From assembly GCF_006345805.1 (NCBI RefSeq), contig NC_043007.1:18414001-18478000 (forward strand): DNA of 64,000 bases, given 5' to 3'. The notes beneath the pieces are model-generated. The model ran no database searches. It was not told where the DNA came from and saw only the letters and a list, made by a program, of their open reading frames with translations. Position 1 is the first letter of the stretch. Every line of letters begins with the position of its first letter. Shown here in pieces: positions 26,639 to 40,529 of the stretch. The position numbers were made by a program, and so were the translations under genes. This DNA comes from Octopus sinensis (Eukaryota).

Positions 26639-27011
26639 GGAGGCGCAATGGCCCAGTGGTTAGGGCAGCGGACTCGCAGTTATAGGATCGCGGTTTCGAT
26701 TCCCAGACCGGGCGTTGTGAGTGTTTATTGAGTGAAAACACCTAAAAGCTCCACGAGGCTCCGGCAGGGATGGTGGTGATCCCTGCTGTACTCTTTCACC
26801 ACAACTTTCTCTTACTTCCTGTTTCTGTTGTACCTGTATTTCAAGGGGCCGGCCTTGTCACTCTCTGTGTCATGCTGAATATCCCCGAGATATGTTAAGG
26901 GTACTCGTGTCTGTGGAGTGCTCAGCCACTTACACGTTAATTTCACGAGCAGGCTGTTCCGTTGATCGGATCAACCGGAACCCTCGTCGTCGTAACCGAC
27001 GGAGTGCTTCC
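26639..27011 (+). mobile_element. tRNA-derived SINE family D; other copies 39474-39858 and 62255-62635 (minus), partial 9540-9800 and 50410-50720
   Basis: ggaggcgcaatggcccagtggttagggcagcggactcgc...ggtttcgattcccagaccggg head; conserved body ending gtaaccgacggagtgcttcca. Confidence 0.85.
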
Positions 27012-27899
27012 ACATGGTTACCTTTGCCCAATGTAAGGTTGGCTAAGAGTAACTGAGATGAAGACAAATGATGGCAAAGATGGTAGCAATGGGTTGCCAG
27101 AGCAAAGATTTTAGGTAGAAGAATGTGAATATAAGACAGTTGGGGTGGGAGGATATGGACAGTCGATTGTGGGGCCAGTTATACTTTGCTATGAGTAGAG
27201 CAATAGCAATAGACTCCAGCAGTTTGAAAATTAGTGATGACCAAACAGAAAATATCGTCTACAAAATAGTTTTGTAATCATATTGATATTATCGAAAGGA
27301 ATATGATTCATTATTTAAATAAGGAAATTTGTGAACTTTGAATCTATAAGAGTATAAACAAGCATAAAATAATGTAAACAACTAAAATAATAGTATATCT
27401 CAATAACATTTTTTTTCTTAATACTTTTGGTCGAAGGAAGCTCTGGCTTTCATTAGGAAATTCAATTTAATTTGATTTCTCTAATTGAACTAATTGGACA
27501 TGGAAACGGCTGTAGGGATAAAAATTTCCTAGTATAGTGATTGGAATATCTTTGAATAAACTGATGTCTATAGTCCATTTTCTTCCTTTTTCTCATTCAT
27601 AAATATTTAAATACCAATATACATCAGCGCAAAACTAAATATTTTAGTATTTAGTTTTCACTAAACACTGCTATAAACTGGAGGACTAGGATGCAAACAT
27701 GATTACATATTATAAATGGATGGGGATGATTATATATATATTTAAAATGGCATGATTATATATATATATATATATAATTCTTATATAATTTTTTTTGCAC
27801 GTTAGACCACTGGAAATGTAAATTTTGATTGAATATTCTAATTTTAATTAAATTCCATTTCTCTTTAATATGATTAAATATTGTAAGTTTTTGGATAAT

Positions 27900-28225
27900 T
27901 TTCGGTTAAAAGTTGGCGGTTTTTATTGTTGCCAGCGAATGGACTGCGATTGCGCACTAAAATTTGAAAAGTTAGTTCGTATGAACCCGAGACAAGTAGC
28001 CTTGTTTGTCTCCTGTTGAATATGTTTAACCCTAGGTTAGACCTTGCTGAAGAAGATCAGACCTTGTGAGTTCCCCCTGACTCGCTAAAAGAAGATCAGA
28101 AACCAATTGGTCCAGGGTGCTAGATGGTAAATGTTTTTCATTTCCAAATTTATTCCTGTTGAATTTTATCCGTTATTTTTGTGGTTTACAGAACCTAGCT
28201 GTTCTTTCTAATGTGTTGAATTCAC
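27900..28225 (+). promoter_or_regulatory. Putative internal transcription start region with two short 5'-UTR exons (...28126; 28192-28225)
   Basis: Local CpG enrichment in otherwise CpG-poor unique DNA; atg|GTAAAT donor, 65-nt T-rich intron ending gtttacAG, 34-nt exon ending cac|GTAAAG. Confidence 0.35.
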
Positions 28226-28266
28226 GTAAAGTGGATTCCTTATGTGTGTAAATATGCACTATATCG

Positions 28267-28302
<36 letters not shown>

Positions 28303-28344
28303 TATATAAATTGATCAAAATAAAAACATGATGCGAAGAATTCA

Positions 28345-28422
28345 GCGGTACATATGTTTCGGGCCTTTATTAGACAGATTTATAACAATGCATAATGTAT
28401 GTCTGTGGCCTTCTTCAGCCGC
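28345..28422 (-). ncRNA. Minimal type I hammerhead ribozyme motif, GUA site
   Basis: Minus strand reads GCGG-CUGAAGA-AGGCC...GGCCC-GAAA-CAUAUG-UA-CCGC: 4-bp GC stem I, GGCC/GGCC stem II, palindromic stem III. Confidence 0.65.
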
Positions 28423-28566
28423 GCACAACAGCTTCCACAAGGACATGTGTTACATCAAAAATTCTTGGTTGGGGATGCAAATCCTCTCATTCGCGTACGA
28501 CATAATGCAGCAGCAGCATAGAATTGAAGCATCCATCTCTTTCTTCTCTCAATGTACTCACCCCGA

Positions 28567-28660
<94 letters not shown>

Positions 28661-29395
28661 TGGGGAAGGCTGGTTTATGGAATTTCCTTAGGTTTCTCGT
28701 CCATAAAGAGTTTAGCTTTATGACGTATCATCAGATCCCTAAAACCTGTTGGTCCAAGACCTCTTCAAGATATGGAGGAGATACACTTTATTGATAAAGC
28801 TGCTAAAACATCACAAAAATTACTACTCAGAGTTTCACATTTCCATTTGTCGGGCAGTTGTGATCCAGAATGGAATAACAATTTAGGTTATAAATATAAT
28901 TTATATTATGAAATAATTCACATCGTCAGATACACATTTGACTTTGCTTAGTCATTTCAACTAACGGCTTTTTCAAAAGCATTGAAGCTGGGATAGTAAA
29001 TGTAAATAGAAAATAAAAAATTAAATTAAAATTAAAATTAGAATAAAATAAAATAATAAAGATGGCAGTTATGGAATGAAATATAGCAACTGCTCTCTCC
29101 CTCACACACACACACACACACAAAGTCGTTTCATTTTCAGTTATAATCTCTTTTTATGAAAACAATTATATTCAGAGGTGCACCAACCACCATAACAAAC
29201 AAGAACAATTGAATTTATAGAGGAAGCGTAACAGATATTCCAAGAACAGCAAGGTGAAATCTATTCTGTTTTGCAAGCTGAAAAATAGGGTAGATTTGAT
29301 CTTATTGCTCTTGAAGTCTCCATTTCAATTCCTCTATCTATAATTCAATCGTTCTTTTTTACAGTATCACCTGTTTATCACGGCAGTCAGTGAAC

Positions 29396-29455
29396 ATGTC
29401 ATCTTCTTGCTGGCGTATTAAAATTTACCTGATAATTGCAGGTTTTTGCTATGAT
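29396..29455 (+). CDS. Alternative candidate signal-peptide exon (MSSSCWRIKIYLIIAGFCYD), phase 0
   Basis: Strong acceptor tcgttcttttttacAG (29364), ATG at 29396, basic n-region plus hydrophobic IYLIIAGFC; weak donor gat|GTAATC; phase fits exon 50129. Confidence 0.4.
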
Positions 29456-30041
29456 GTAATCTAATGCATCAATAAAATGCTGCCGAAACGGGTGTTGGGA
29501 AATTTGAACCCCAATTTTGTTCTTCTTTATACATACGCTACACCTGGAAACAACCCTTTGCCAGATATGCAGGTTATATTGGATTTGATACCTATGTGTA
29601 TATGTATCATCATCATCATCATCATTTAATATCCATCTTCCATGCATGTATGGGTAGTATGGTTCATAGGAGCTGGCCAGGTAGAAAATCTACCCTGTTT
29701 TGACATGTTTTTTACAGTAGGATACCCTTCCTAACATCAACCACCCTGTGTATGTGTGTGTGTGTGTGTGTGTATATGAGTTTGTGTGTGTGTGTGTGTG
29801 TGTGTGTGAGAGTTTGTGTGTATGTGTGTGTGTTTAAAATCACAATATATTACAAATGACAACTAAAGGTTGCTTTACTTTACTGTAAACTCAGTATTGA
29901 GTGCGCAACCACTCCCGGTTTCCTGCTTGTTGATATGCGTAGGTTGTAAAGAATCCTGTAACTAATCACTTTCTGTCTGTCACTATAGATATATCTGTAT
30001 ACGCACATGTCTGTGTGTGTGTCTATGTGTGTGTATGTATG

Positions 30042-30075
<34 letters not shown>

Positions 30076-30413
30076 TGTATGTATGTATGTATGAATGTAT
30101 GTATGCTAAAATTAATATAAGCAGCTGCACGCAATATATAACCATAAAGGAAATATTTGTCACAAATTGCAGTGACTGAGGGTGCTGAATAGCACATGCA
30201 TATGTATATCTATACGTACACACATATATATAGATATAAAATTATATATATGGACACAGGAGTGGCTGTGTGGTAAGTAGCTTGCTTACCAATCTCATGG
30301 TTCTGGGTTCAGTCCCACTGCACAGCACCTTAGGCAAATGTCTTCTACAATAGCCTCGGGCTAACCAAAGCCTTCTGAATGGATTTGATAGATGGAAACT
30401 GAAAGAAGCCTGT

Positions 30414-30450
<37 letters not shown>

Positions 30451-30653
30451 GTATGTATATGTTTGTGTGTCTCTGTTTGTCCCCCCCCCCCCCAACATCG
30501 CTTGACAACCAATGCTCGTGTGTTTATGTCCCCGTCACTTAGTGATTCGGCAAGACAGACCGATACATTAAGTACTACATACACTTGTCTTCATCTTTTG
30601 TTTTTCTGTAAATTTCAACTAAATATTTATATATATATATACACACACATACA

Positions 30654-30711
<58 letters not shown>

Positions 30712-31098
30712 ACTTATATATAAGGGCTAAAGAAAATTATCTCAATGCCAATATGCTGATAACAGACTTTTAAATCGTCAATTTCCACATATTATTTACT
30801 CGCTACAGAAAAAACATAAAGAACTGAAATCGGGGAAGCTGGCCGATAGAATTTTTTTAAAAAGTTCGTTATTTCTATATTGAATCAATTTCGGAATTAA
30901 TCTCATAAAAGATTCTTTCCTCTTCAGTAGAACATACGAAAGGATATAAATAAGATAATTACATGCGTAACCGTAATTTTAATTTTAACCATAAAGGTAT
31001 TTTAATATGCTGCCACATTTTTTGATGGAATTTTTTTCTATAAAAAAAAACTTCATCCTATATTAGTAGTAGACTTATTACTACTCACTATATATATA

Positions 31099-31363
31099 CT
31101 GTTGTGTTTGGGGAGAGTCATTTTCTTTTTGTGCTTTATAACTTAACACACTCACTGGTAAAATTTCCACTTATTTTCATTTTCATTTTCCTAAAATTTT
31201 CGTTGCTTCTTGCAACCTTTTCAAGAGTCAAGACTATTGAAAAGGTTGCAAGAGGCTACGAAAATTTTAGGAAAATGAAAATAAGAAATAAGGGGAAATT
31301 TTACCAGTGAGTGTGTTAAGTTATAAAGCACAAAAAGAAAATGACTCTCCCCAGACACAACAG
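31099..31363. mobile_element. Palindromic MITE family (second copy 38771-39055)
   Basis: CTGTTGTGT..GGGAGAGTCATTTTC arms of about 125 bp with a short loop; two dispersed copies. Confidence 0.8.
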
Positions 31364-32043
31364 AATATGCTTCAACGTACCAACGTACCAACTCATATTA
31401 AGAATCTCGCAAACCAAATCCGCAAACCAGTCCAATGACTAAAATAGAAAAAAGATAATGGGAAAACTCATGTGTGTATAGTTGGAAGGAAAAAGAAAGA
31501 ATATATAAATACACACACACATACACACACACACACACACACATGCACACACATATAATCATCATTGTCATTCTTTAAAATCCACCTTCCATGCTGTCAT
31601 GGGTGCATGGTTTCACAAGAGCCAGCCAGGCAGAAGCCTGCACCAGGCTTGTGTGTCTGTTTTTGTAGGATTTTTCTAGTGGATGCCCTTCCTAACATCA
31701 ACCACCCAGCAGAGTGGACTTAGTGCTTTTTATGCGGCTCAAGCATAGGCAAGGTCAGTTTTGGCAAGGTTTTTACAGCTGGAAACCCTTCCGAATGCCA
31801 ACCCCTTTATAGTGTGGACTGGATGCTTTTTAAGTAGCACCTACACTGAGAGGGTCACCAAGTAACTTGCAAAACGAATATCTTTTGCAGGGGAGGGGAC
31901 ATTGGAGGAGGTGATCTTGTGTCAGATGATGAAAGGTTCTAGTGAGACAGACAGGCAGAAACAGGTGTCTTGCTGTAGTAGAAGTTGTACAAGGTCCCCA
32001 GCTGAAGAGAGAGAGAGAAAGAGACAGATAGACAGATGAAGAT

Positions 32044-32074
<31 letters not shown>

Positions 32075-32739
32075 TCAGGAATGAGGACAGAAACAGGTGT
32101 GCTGCCACAAAGGAGATACATGATTACTCAACCTGAGGGAAGTGTAGGAGAAGGAGAAAAAGAGTGGGAGACATCAGAATAGAAATGGTAGCAAAGTGCT
32201 GGGCATACTCACAAAGGACAGGAATCAGAATACAAATGGGATGGTCATGTAAAGAGAGATTGGCAAGTGTCAGGGCAAACCCTTGAGGCTCAAACACCAT
32301 AATATAAGTGGCAGGATATTGTCAAAGAATTGTGATTAGAGAGTGGGGAGGGGAAGTGAGTGGTGTAAACCTGGGCATATAGAGTTGTGGGTGGGTGGGT
32401 GGTGGCTACTGGTTAGCAATGATAAAGGGAAACAGGGCCATGAGGACAGGATTGGGGAGTGAGGGGTAGGCATAGTGCATAAATGAGGAAATGTGAGGAA
32501 GAGATGTAGATTGGTTTGTTGGGCAGGGAGTGTGAAAAGTTGTCTTGTTACCTGTGGGTGGAGCACACAGGTTGGTGGCTTGTGGGTAGCAATGATACAG
32601 TGAGACACCGCCTGTCTCCTCTGAAAGCTCATTTCTCCAGCGTTCACTATTTCACCCCTTACTGTTTGTTTTTACTGTTTTACTGCCTGCTTGCTTGCCT
32701 ACATACCTACATACCTACCTACCTACTTATGTATGTATG

Positions 32740-32778
<39 letters not shown>

Positions 32779-32807
32779 TTATCTATATCTCCCTCTCTCT
32801 CTCTCAT

Positions 32808-32845
<38 letters not shown>

Positions 32846-33133
32846 AATTAATAATAAAATATTAGGGAATAAATCCAAACTTACAGGGAAAAATCAGATT
32901 TAGGATTAAATCTAATTTTATAGTATAAATATATTATATTAAATTAGATTTTTTTAATATGCTAGGCCACTGGTTTTAATTGATTAACATCAATTTCTAC
33001 CCTTATTCAATTATATATATATATATATATAATTACATCTTATAGAAAGATTAAATATAGGATAAAACATATACCAATGATTAAGTAATGGGCAAAATAA
33101 TAAATAAGTTTGGAATAATATTCCCTCTTATTA

Positions 33134-33257
<124 letters not shown>

Positions 33258-33554
33258 TATATAGTAAGAATTTACAAAAAAACAAAAGATGAAGACAGGT
33301 GTATAAATAACAAACAGATGTATTAGTTTAACGCTTGGGAAGTGAGAAAGTCTTTTACATTTCGAGCCTATGCTCTTTGATAGAAAGGAACACAGAAATA
33401 AACAGAGAGAGAAAATAGAAAAAGGTTTAGTAGCTAGCGATCTATTAGGGTGAATGCCAGAAAGAGGGGTCACACAGCAGAGCTAGGAAGAAGGGGAGAT
33501 ACTAAAGTAGTGGTGATCCCAAAACAATTTATATATATATATATATATAGGCGC

Positions 33555-33960
33555 AGGAGTGGCTGTGTGGTAAGTAGCTTGCTAACCAACCACATGGTTC
33601 CGGGTTCAGTCCCACTGCATGGCATCTTGGGCAAGTGTCTTCTGCTATAGCCCCGGGCCAACCAATGCCTTGTGAGTGGATTTGGTAGACGGAAACTGAA
33701 AGAAGCCTGTCGTATATATGTATATATATATATATGTGTGTGTGTATGTGTGTGTATATGTTTGTGTGTCTGTGTTTGTCCCCCTAGCATTGCTTGACAA
33801 CCGATGCTGGTGTGTTTACGTCCCCGTCACTTAGCGGTTCAGCAAAAGAGACCGATAGGATAAGTACTGGGCTTACAAAGAATAAGTCCCGGGGTCGATT
33901 TGCTCGACTAAAGGCGGTGCTCCAGCATGGCCGCAGTCAAATGACTGAAACAAGTAAAAT
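33555..33960 (+). mobile_element. tRNA-derived SINE family B with central (TA)n/(TG)n; other copies 10368-10830, 13190-13470, 17230-17390, 20948-21392, 23125-23470, 30257-30560, 61340-61600
   Basis: A box TGGCTGTGTGG, B box GGGTTCAGTCCC, conserved tail ggtcgatttgctcgactaaaggcggtgctccagcatggccgcagtc. Confidence 0.85.
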
Positions 33961-34789
33961 AGTGAAGAGAGTATATATATATATATATAATACCAACATT
34001 TTCCAGTTTTCTGTTTACATATATATATGTCTCTGTGAGTTTGTGTTCATGTTTGTGTTTGTCACTCACAATCACTTGGCAACTGGTGTTGCTTTGTTTA
34101 TGTTCCCTTAACTTAGTGATTTGGCAAAAAGAGACAGGTAGGATAAGTATCAGGCTTTAAAAAATAGATACTGGGTTGATTTTTTACAGCTAAAACCCTA
34201 CAAGGCAGTGCCCCAGCAAGGCCACAGTCCAATGAATGAAGAAAATGAGACATGTATTTTTATTGTCAAGTAATTTTTTCAGGTCGCTGATTTCAATTTT
34301 TTCTTTCTTTTTATCTGACATAAATATCTGGAAAGCATGTTATTGCATTCTTATTGCATATAAACTTTCCAATTCAATGATTTTTGTGTCTTGTACAAAC
34401 ATTAATCTCACGATGTATCCAGCTGTGCTTATCAGATTAATAAATTTCTATAGAAAAAAGAAATAAGATATTTTTTAATACCTTGGTTTCATAAAGAAAT
34501 TGAAAAGTGAATTATGCAGTTTTTGAAATACAAGAATGAATGTTGTCGCTGGTATTCACTAAGCAAGTATATGACTGTGGTAAGAAGTGTGTGTGGGTGG
34601 GTGTATAAATATGTGTATGTGTGCGTGAGTGTGCACATGTGCACACACACATTTATATGTGTGTGTGTGTGTGTGCTTTTGTGTCTGTATTTGTCCTTCA
34701 CCACTACTGGACAACCAGTGTTTGTGTATTTATGCCTCCATAACTTAGTGGCTTGGCAAAAGAGACTGATAGAATAAGTAGCAGGCCAA

Positions 34790-34829
<40 letters not shown>

Positions 34830-34833
<4 letters not shown>

Positions 34834-35395
34834 CAGTGACTCTCGTGGCTTCTGATCTTAACTGATTGGAAGTGTTATCATGTGCATTGTTTTTTCTTGG
34901 TATTAAAGATGGGCTGCAGCAAATATTCTGCTCAATACCACAGATTTGCTTGTCAGCTGTTTGACCATAACCAGTTGAGCATGTCCCTTGGTGGCTGACG
35001 ATATGTGCATCTCTGATCACAAGCAGAAGTAGTGGGGGAGCACCTTAGCCATGTGTTGAAAGGAATTCTTAGAGGTTTGGATAATTCACCTTTGGAAACA
35101 TGGGTGGTTCGTTCAACGTCCTTAAACAACCCTTATTCAGGGACCTTTTGAGTGGGATGGGTTACCCAACCAGAAGAAAATTCTAACTGGGCCCCACCTG
35201 CAAGGTCATGTGCTGTTTATCTTGATATGAGATCACCATTTCGCACACATATGGTTGTGATGCAAGCGCCTGGTGTACCCTTATCAGACAGGTAGTCATG
35301 ATGGGTATACTGGGCTTCGTATATTTTACCCCAGTGTCACTTTGATGGCATGCACTGCTCTCTCACTCAATAATAATAATAATAATAATAATAAA
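34830..35395 (+). mobile_element. (TAA)n-targeted interspersed repeat (second copy 57490-57920, minus)
   Basis: Flanked by (AAT)n at both ends; reverse-complement match to 57490-57920. Confidence 0.7.
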
Positions 35396-36484
35396 AAGAG
35401 AAAAACAAGTACTGTGATCAATTTTTGCAACTAAACACTTCAAGGTGGTACCCCAGTGTTGCTGCAGTCTAATGATTGAAATAAGTTAAAGATAAAGCAA
35501 GCAAATGTGACAAAACAGAGGCACCTAATATTTTAGTGGTTGATAGATTAAAGTTGATGTTATTTTTAAGCCATAAATTAGCCCTGAGAGGACAAGCTCA
35601 AACCCATGATAAAAGATGTTCTAGCTGAAACTATATTTTCTTATTTTCATCTAATGCATATGGAACCATATTTTCTAACTTGAGTAATCTCCTAAGCAAA
35701 AATGAGCCTAAAGCTAAAATAATCCTGTAGCTAAAATGAGTTCATTGATAAAATCTTACAGGTTAGTAACAGTAGTGAAAGAATGTGCTAGAATCTTTTA
35801 TACTCTAGGCACAAGACCTGAAATTTTTGGAGAAGGAGCCAGTTGATTACATTGACCCCAGTATGCAACTGGTACATATTATGTATACCTTGAGAGGATG
35901 AAAGGCAAAGTCGACCTCAGCAGAATTTGAACCCAGACCAAAAAGACAGACAAAATACCTATTTCTTTACTACCCACAAGGGGCTAAACATAGAGGGAAC
36001 AAACAAGGACAGACAAATGGATTAAGTCGATTACATCGACCCTAATGCATAACTGGTACTTAATTTATCGACCCCGAAAGGATGAAAGGCAAAGTCGACT
36101 TCAACAGAATTTGAACTCAGACCGTAAAGACAGACAAAATACCACTAAGCATTTTACTTGGCATGCTAACATTTCTGCCAGCTTGCCACCTTAAAGAATG
36201 TGCTAGACTATAATATATTGGTTTTAGACTATGGCACAAGACCAGCGGCATCAAGGAAAGGGCTAAGTCACTTACATCAACTCCAATGCTCAGCTGGTAC
36301 TTATTTTACTAACCTTGAAAGAATAGAAAGCAAAGTTGACCTCAGCAGAATTTGAACTCAGAGAACATAAACACGAAGGAAATGCTGCTAAGCATTTTGG
36401 CCTGCATGCTGACAATTCTACAAGCTCACTACCTTAATGAGAATGAAACATGTTGAAGAGGGATTGTAGTAAGCTACAAAATTC

Positions 36485-36870
36485 TTACATTCTCTTGATT
36501 TCCTGTAATTCAGCCCATCTCATGATCCCAGCAAACAAAATGGAAAAGGTGTTGCCCTGGAAGATTGCAAGGGAGATGCACTGGAACAGCCACTCTGACT
36601 CATGGAGCTTGCACTTGCAGACAGCCATCTCCATCCCAAGAGCAGTAGGCAGGGATATGGTCCAAGGGCCAAGAATGCCAGAGGTCTCCACTGCTACAGG
36701 ATTGACTATAAACCTATCAGAGAGTGGTTGATACTTTGACAGTTTACTTTTCTCAGCCTGATGAGGTGTATAGCCTGTGATGGGAGTTAAACTCACAAAC
36801 TTTCCACTGGAGAATGTATCACAGCATGTAGAATCCCAGATGAGAGGCCTACCACCATGGAGCAGGAATA
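36485..36870 (-). mobile_element. CRE-clade non-LTR retrotransposon RLE domain fragment
   Basis: GGRPLIWDSTCCDTF...AEKSKLSKYQPLSDRFIVNPVAVETSGILG...ESEWLFQCISLAIFQGNTFSIL. Confidence 0.75.
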
Positions 36871-38209
36871 TTCTTTTCAACTCTAGGTACAAGGCTTGAA
36901 ATTTTGGGGGAGGGGGCCATTTAATTACATCGCCCCCAGTACGCAGCTGCTACTTAATCTATCGACCCCGAGAGAATGAAAGACAAAGTTAACCTCGGCA
37001 GAATTTGAACTCAGAACATAAAGACAGATGAAATACCTATTTTTTACTACCCACAAGGGGCTAAACACAGAGGGGACAGACAAGGACAGACAAACGATTA
37101 AGTCGATTATATCGACCCCAGTGCGTAACTGGTACTTATTTAATCGACCCCGAAAGGATGAAAGGCAAAGTCGACCTCGGCGGAATTTGAACTCAGAACA
37201 TAAAAACAGACGAAATACTGCTAACCATTTCGCCCGGCGTGCTAAGGTTTCTGCCAGCTCACCACCTTCATGAAACAGGAATATTGTCATACCATCAGCC
37301 ATTTACTATCCCCTCAGTCTAACCCCGCTGGCTTGGGCTGGGAGGAGAAGCCTGCAGCATCGAGGCCATGCTTTATGAGAATATTCTTGTTAACATTTTT
37401 GTTGCTATCCTTCTTTTGAAATACAGAAACTTTATTTCAATTAATTTTTAAAATTGTGAAGAATTTAGTAAAATAACTGTGTCGTTATTAAATTGGTGTT
37501 TGGCACCTAAGATGGAAGTTTTAAGTTTAGATCTTTAGAAAAAAACCCAATTTGTATGGCCTTGGACAGGTTAATACCAAATGGGTGAAAATATGTTGAA
37601 CAAAACTTTGTGCAACATGTGTATGTGGTGAACTATTGTTACATAAATGAAAAAGAAAATCAGAGAAACACAAAAAGAAAAGCATTTGTGCCAGAAATAT
37701 ATAATCTCTCTCTATATAAAGCTGAAGTTGTCTGTGTATGGCAGGTTTGGTAGCCTTCAACTAACACTATCTCCTCCGAGACCCTGCGATGAAGGTTGAC
37801 CAAAATTGAGAGTATGATAGAAGATGGCTTGCTCTTCCTTCTGTAGAAGAAAAAAATTCAAATCGGACCATGTTAACATCAAAAATTATTTACATCAAAA
37901 AGGTGCTTATCTTCTATGAAAATCCCTATTTTTTACGATTTTTTGACTGCTGTGTCGCCATTTTTCGGTGTATTTCAACTAGAAAAATGTTCACTTAAAG
38001 AGAATAACAAGCTACATAATGCAAAATTTTTACTTTTCAAAAATTCCAATTCTAAAAGGTCGAAACAAACCGAGCAACGCCGGCAATACTGCTAGTATAA
38101 AATATACATATATAAATATACAGAAAGCAACAAAATGAAATGCAATAGGAGAAAGTATTCCGGAGGTAATGCAATCTCATCTGATAAAAATAATCTCTAG
38201 TGTTAGTGT

Positions 38210-38570
38210 TAAAACCCTTGTTCCTTGTAAAGAGGTTGGCATTTCATCTGGGATGTCACAGTCAGTGACTCCTTTGCTCCTTCTCACATCCTGAATGCTG
38301 CAGTAAATGGGAGGGTCACTTCTTTCCTAGCCAGACAATACAAAATCCTTAAGTATTGGGACTTGTGAGTGATCCATTTCTTTTAGCCCATGGCGTTTGT
38401 GATGTCTGAAGGGGCTGGGCTACCAATAGCAAAGCTCTTGTCACCATTTGTGACTCACCTTACTGAGGTGTCAGGTGATACCTATGAGGGTGCTTAATCG
38501 TTCCAATGCCTTAATCTCATCATCACCTGTGGTAATGCCATGAGCATGTTGGCTGCTTCAGTAGGTTCTG
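38210..38570 (+). mobile_element. Second, more diverged CRE-like RLE fragment
   Basis: IWDVTVSDSFAPSHI...KILKYWDL-...PMAF...EGAG...SFQCLNLIITCGNAMSML with in-frame stops. Confidence 0.6.
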
Positions 38571-40529
38571 TTGAACCTTAGGGGTGGGACTGATTGATGC
38601 TCTTAATGTTGAACAGATGATTTTTCTTCTTTCTTCCTCTTTTTCTTCTTTTTTTCTTTCTTTGCTTATGTTTATGTTTTCTTTGGTTTTGGAATTATAT
38701 TTGAATGTGGTTTCATTTTTGGATTTGGTTTGCAAGATTCTTTATATGAGTTGGTGTGTTGAAGCATATTCTGTTGTGTCTGGAGAGAGTCATTTTCTTT
38801 TTGTGCCTTATAATGTAACACACTCACCGGTAAAATTTCCACTTATTTCTTATTTTTATTTTCCTTAAATTTTCGTTGTATCTTGCAACCTTTTCAATAG
38901 AGAGTCAAGACTATTAAAGTCAAGACTATTGAAAAGGTTGCAAGACGCAACGAAAATTTTAGGAAAATAAAAAAAAGAAATAAGTGGAAATTTTACCAGT
39001 GAGTGTGTTACATTATAAGGCACAAAAAGAAAATGACTCTCCCCAGACACAACAGAATTTGAATGTGGATTACTCACGTAATTAAGTACTTCTACCTTTT
39101 ATGGTTGAGAATAAATCATCATAATCATCATTGTCATTGTCATCATCATTGTCATTGCTGTCATCATTTAATATCTGTTTTCCAGAATTAAAATAATGTC
39201 ATGCCTTAAAATAATACCTCAATAAAAATTTTCTTGCATTTAAAAAACCACTTGTATAATGAAATAATCTGATCAGATAAAATAATCTCATGTGATAAAA
39301 TGATAACATAGCTAAAACATTTGCATTGATATACTGATAATGTAATTAAAATATTCCCATAGTTAAACTGATAGCATAGATAAATATAGAACTTAGCTAA
39401 TACTCATAACAAAATTAAGCTGATAACATCGCTAAATTGATGAAATAGCTAATACTGATAACATAGCTAATGGATGGAAGCACTCCGTCGGTTACGATGA
39501 CGAGGGTTCTGGTTGATCCGAATCAACGGAACAGCCTGCTCGTGGAATTAACGTGTAAGTGGCTGAGCACTCCACAGACACGTGTACCCTTAACGTAGTT
39601 CTCGGAGATATTCAGCGTGACACAGAGAGTGACAAGGCCGGCCCTTTGAAATACAGGTACAACAGAAACAGGAAGTAAGAGTGAGAGAAAGTTGTGGTGA
39701 AAGAGTACAGCAGGGATCACCACCATCCCCTGCCGGAGCCTTGTGGAGCTTCTAGGTGTTTTCGCTCAATAAACACTCACAACGCCCGGTCTGGGAATCG
39801 AAACCGTGATCCTATGACCGCGAGTCCGCTGCCCTAAACACTGGGCCATTGCACCTCCACACATAGCTAATATTGATATAACTAAACTGATAATACATAA
39901 GCTAGTCCTCATAGCTTGTTCTGATAATGTAACTAAACTGATAATGTATATATACTGATAATATAGCTAAGCTGATAATGCAGCCAAGCTGATAATACAA
40001 GTCACTTGTGAGGTCTCTCATGAGTGCTCCTGGTATCCTGGAATCAAATACAACCTGTTGCATGGTCAGTTCATCAGCAACAAAACTGGTACCTGCACTA
40101 GGCTTGCCTGGTGAGGAGCAGTTGCTAGAAACCGAGCAGAACTAAAAGCAAAACCTGTCAAATGGAGAGATGAACAGGGTGTAGGTTCAACAGCTATCTA
40201 GCAATAGCACAGGCTTTCAGAAATTTCCAGTTGGTGTCTGGTGTACTGGAAGAGTATTGGGTTTGAGGTACCGTTTAGCTTTTGGTAAAACATGTCTCTA
40301 GAATCTGCTTCAAATCTAGGCTACGTCTGCTCTGATAATTGGCAGTGACCTCTACAGTGGTCAGTAGTCGAGAGCAAGATGAGCTGTTATTGATCACATT
40401 ATCCCAAAATGTATATGTATGTGACCAGCGACCACATGTGAACTCACGAACTCATATTCTTTGTGAAACACTAAATATGCATTGGAGATGGCTCAACCTA
40501 CCCTGGGTGAATGCCATTGCAAGTACAAG

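Noticed and set aside
26639-26715. tRNA gene candidates (also 5655-5712, 33558-33615, 17510-17580)
   Set aside because: A and B boxes are present but acceptor stems do not close and each continues into a repeat body; these are SINE-type heads.
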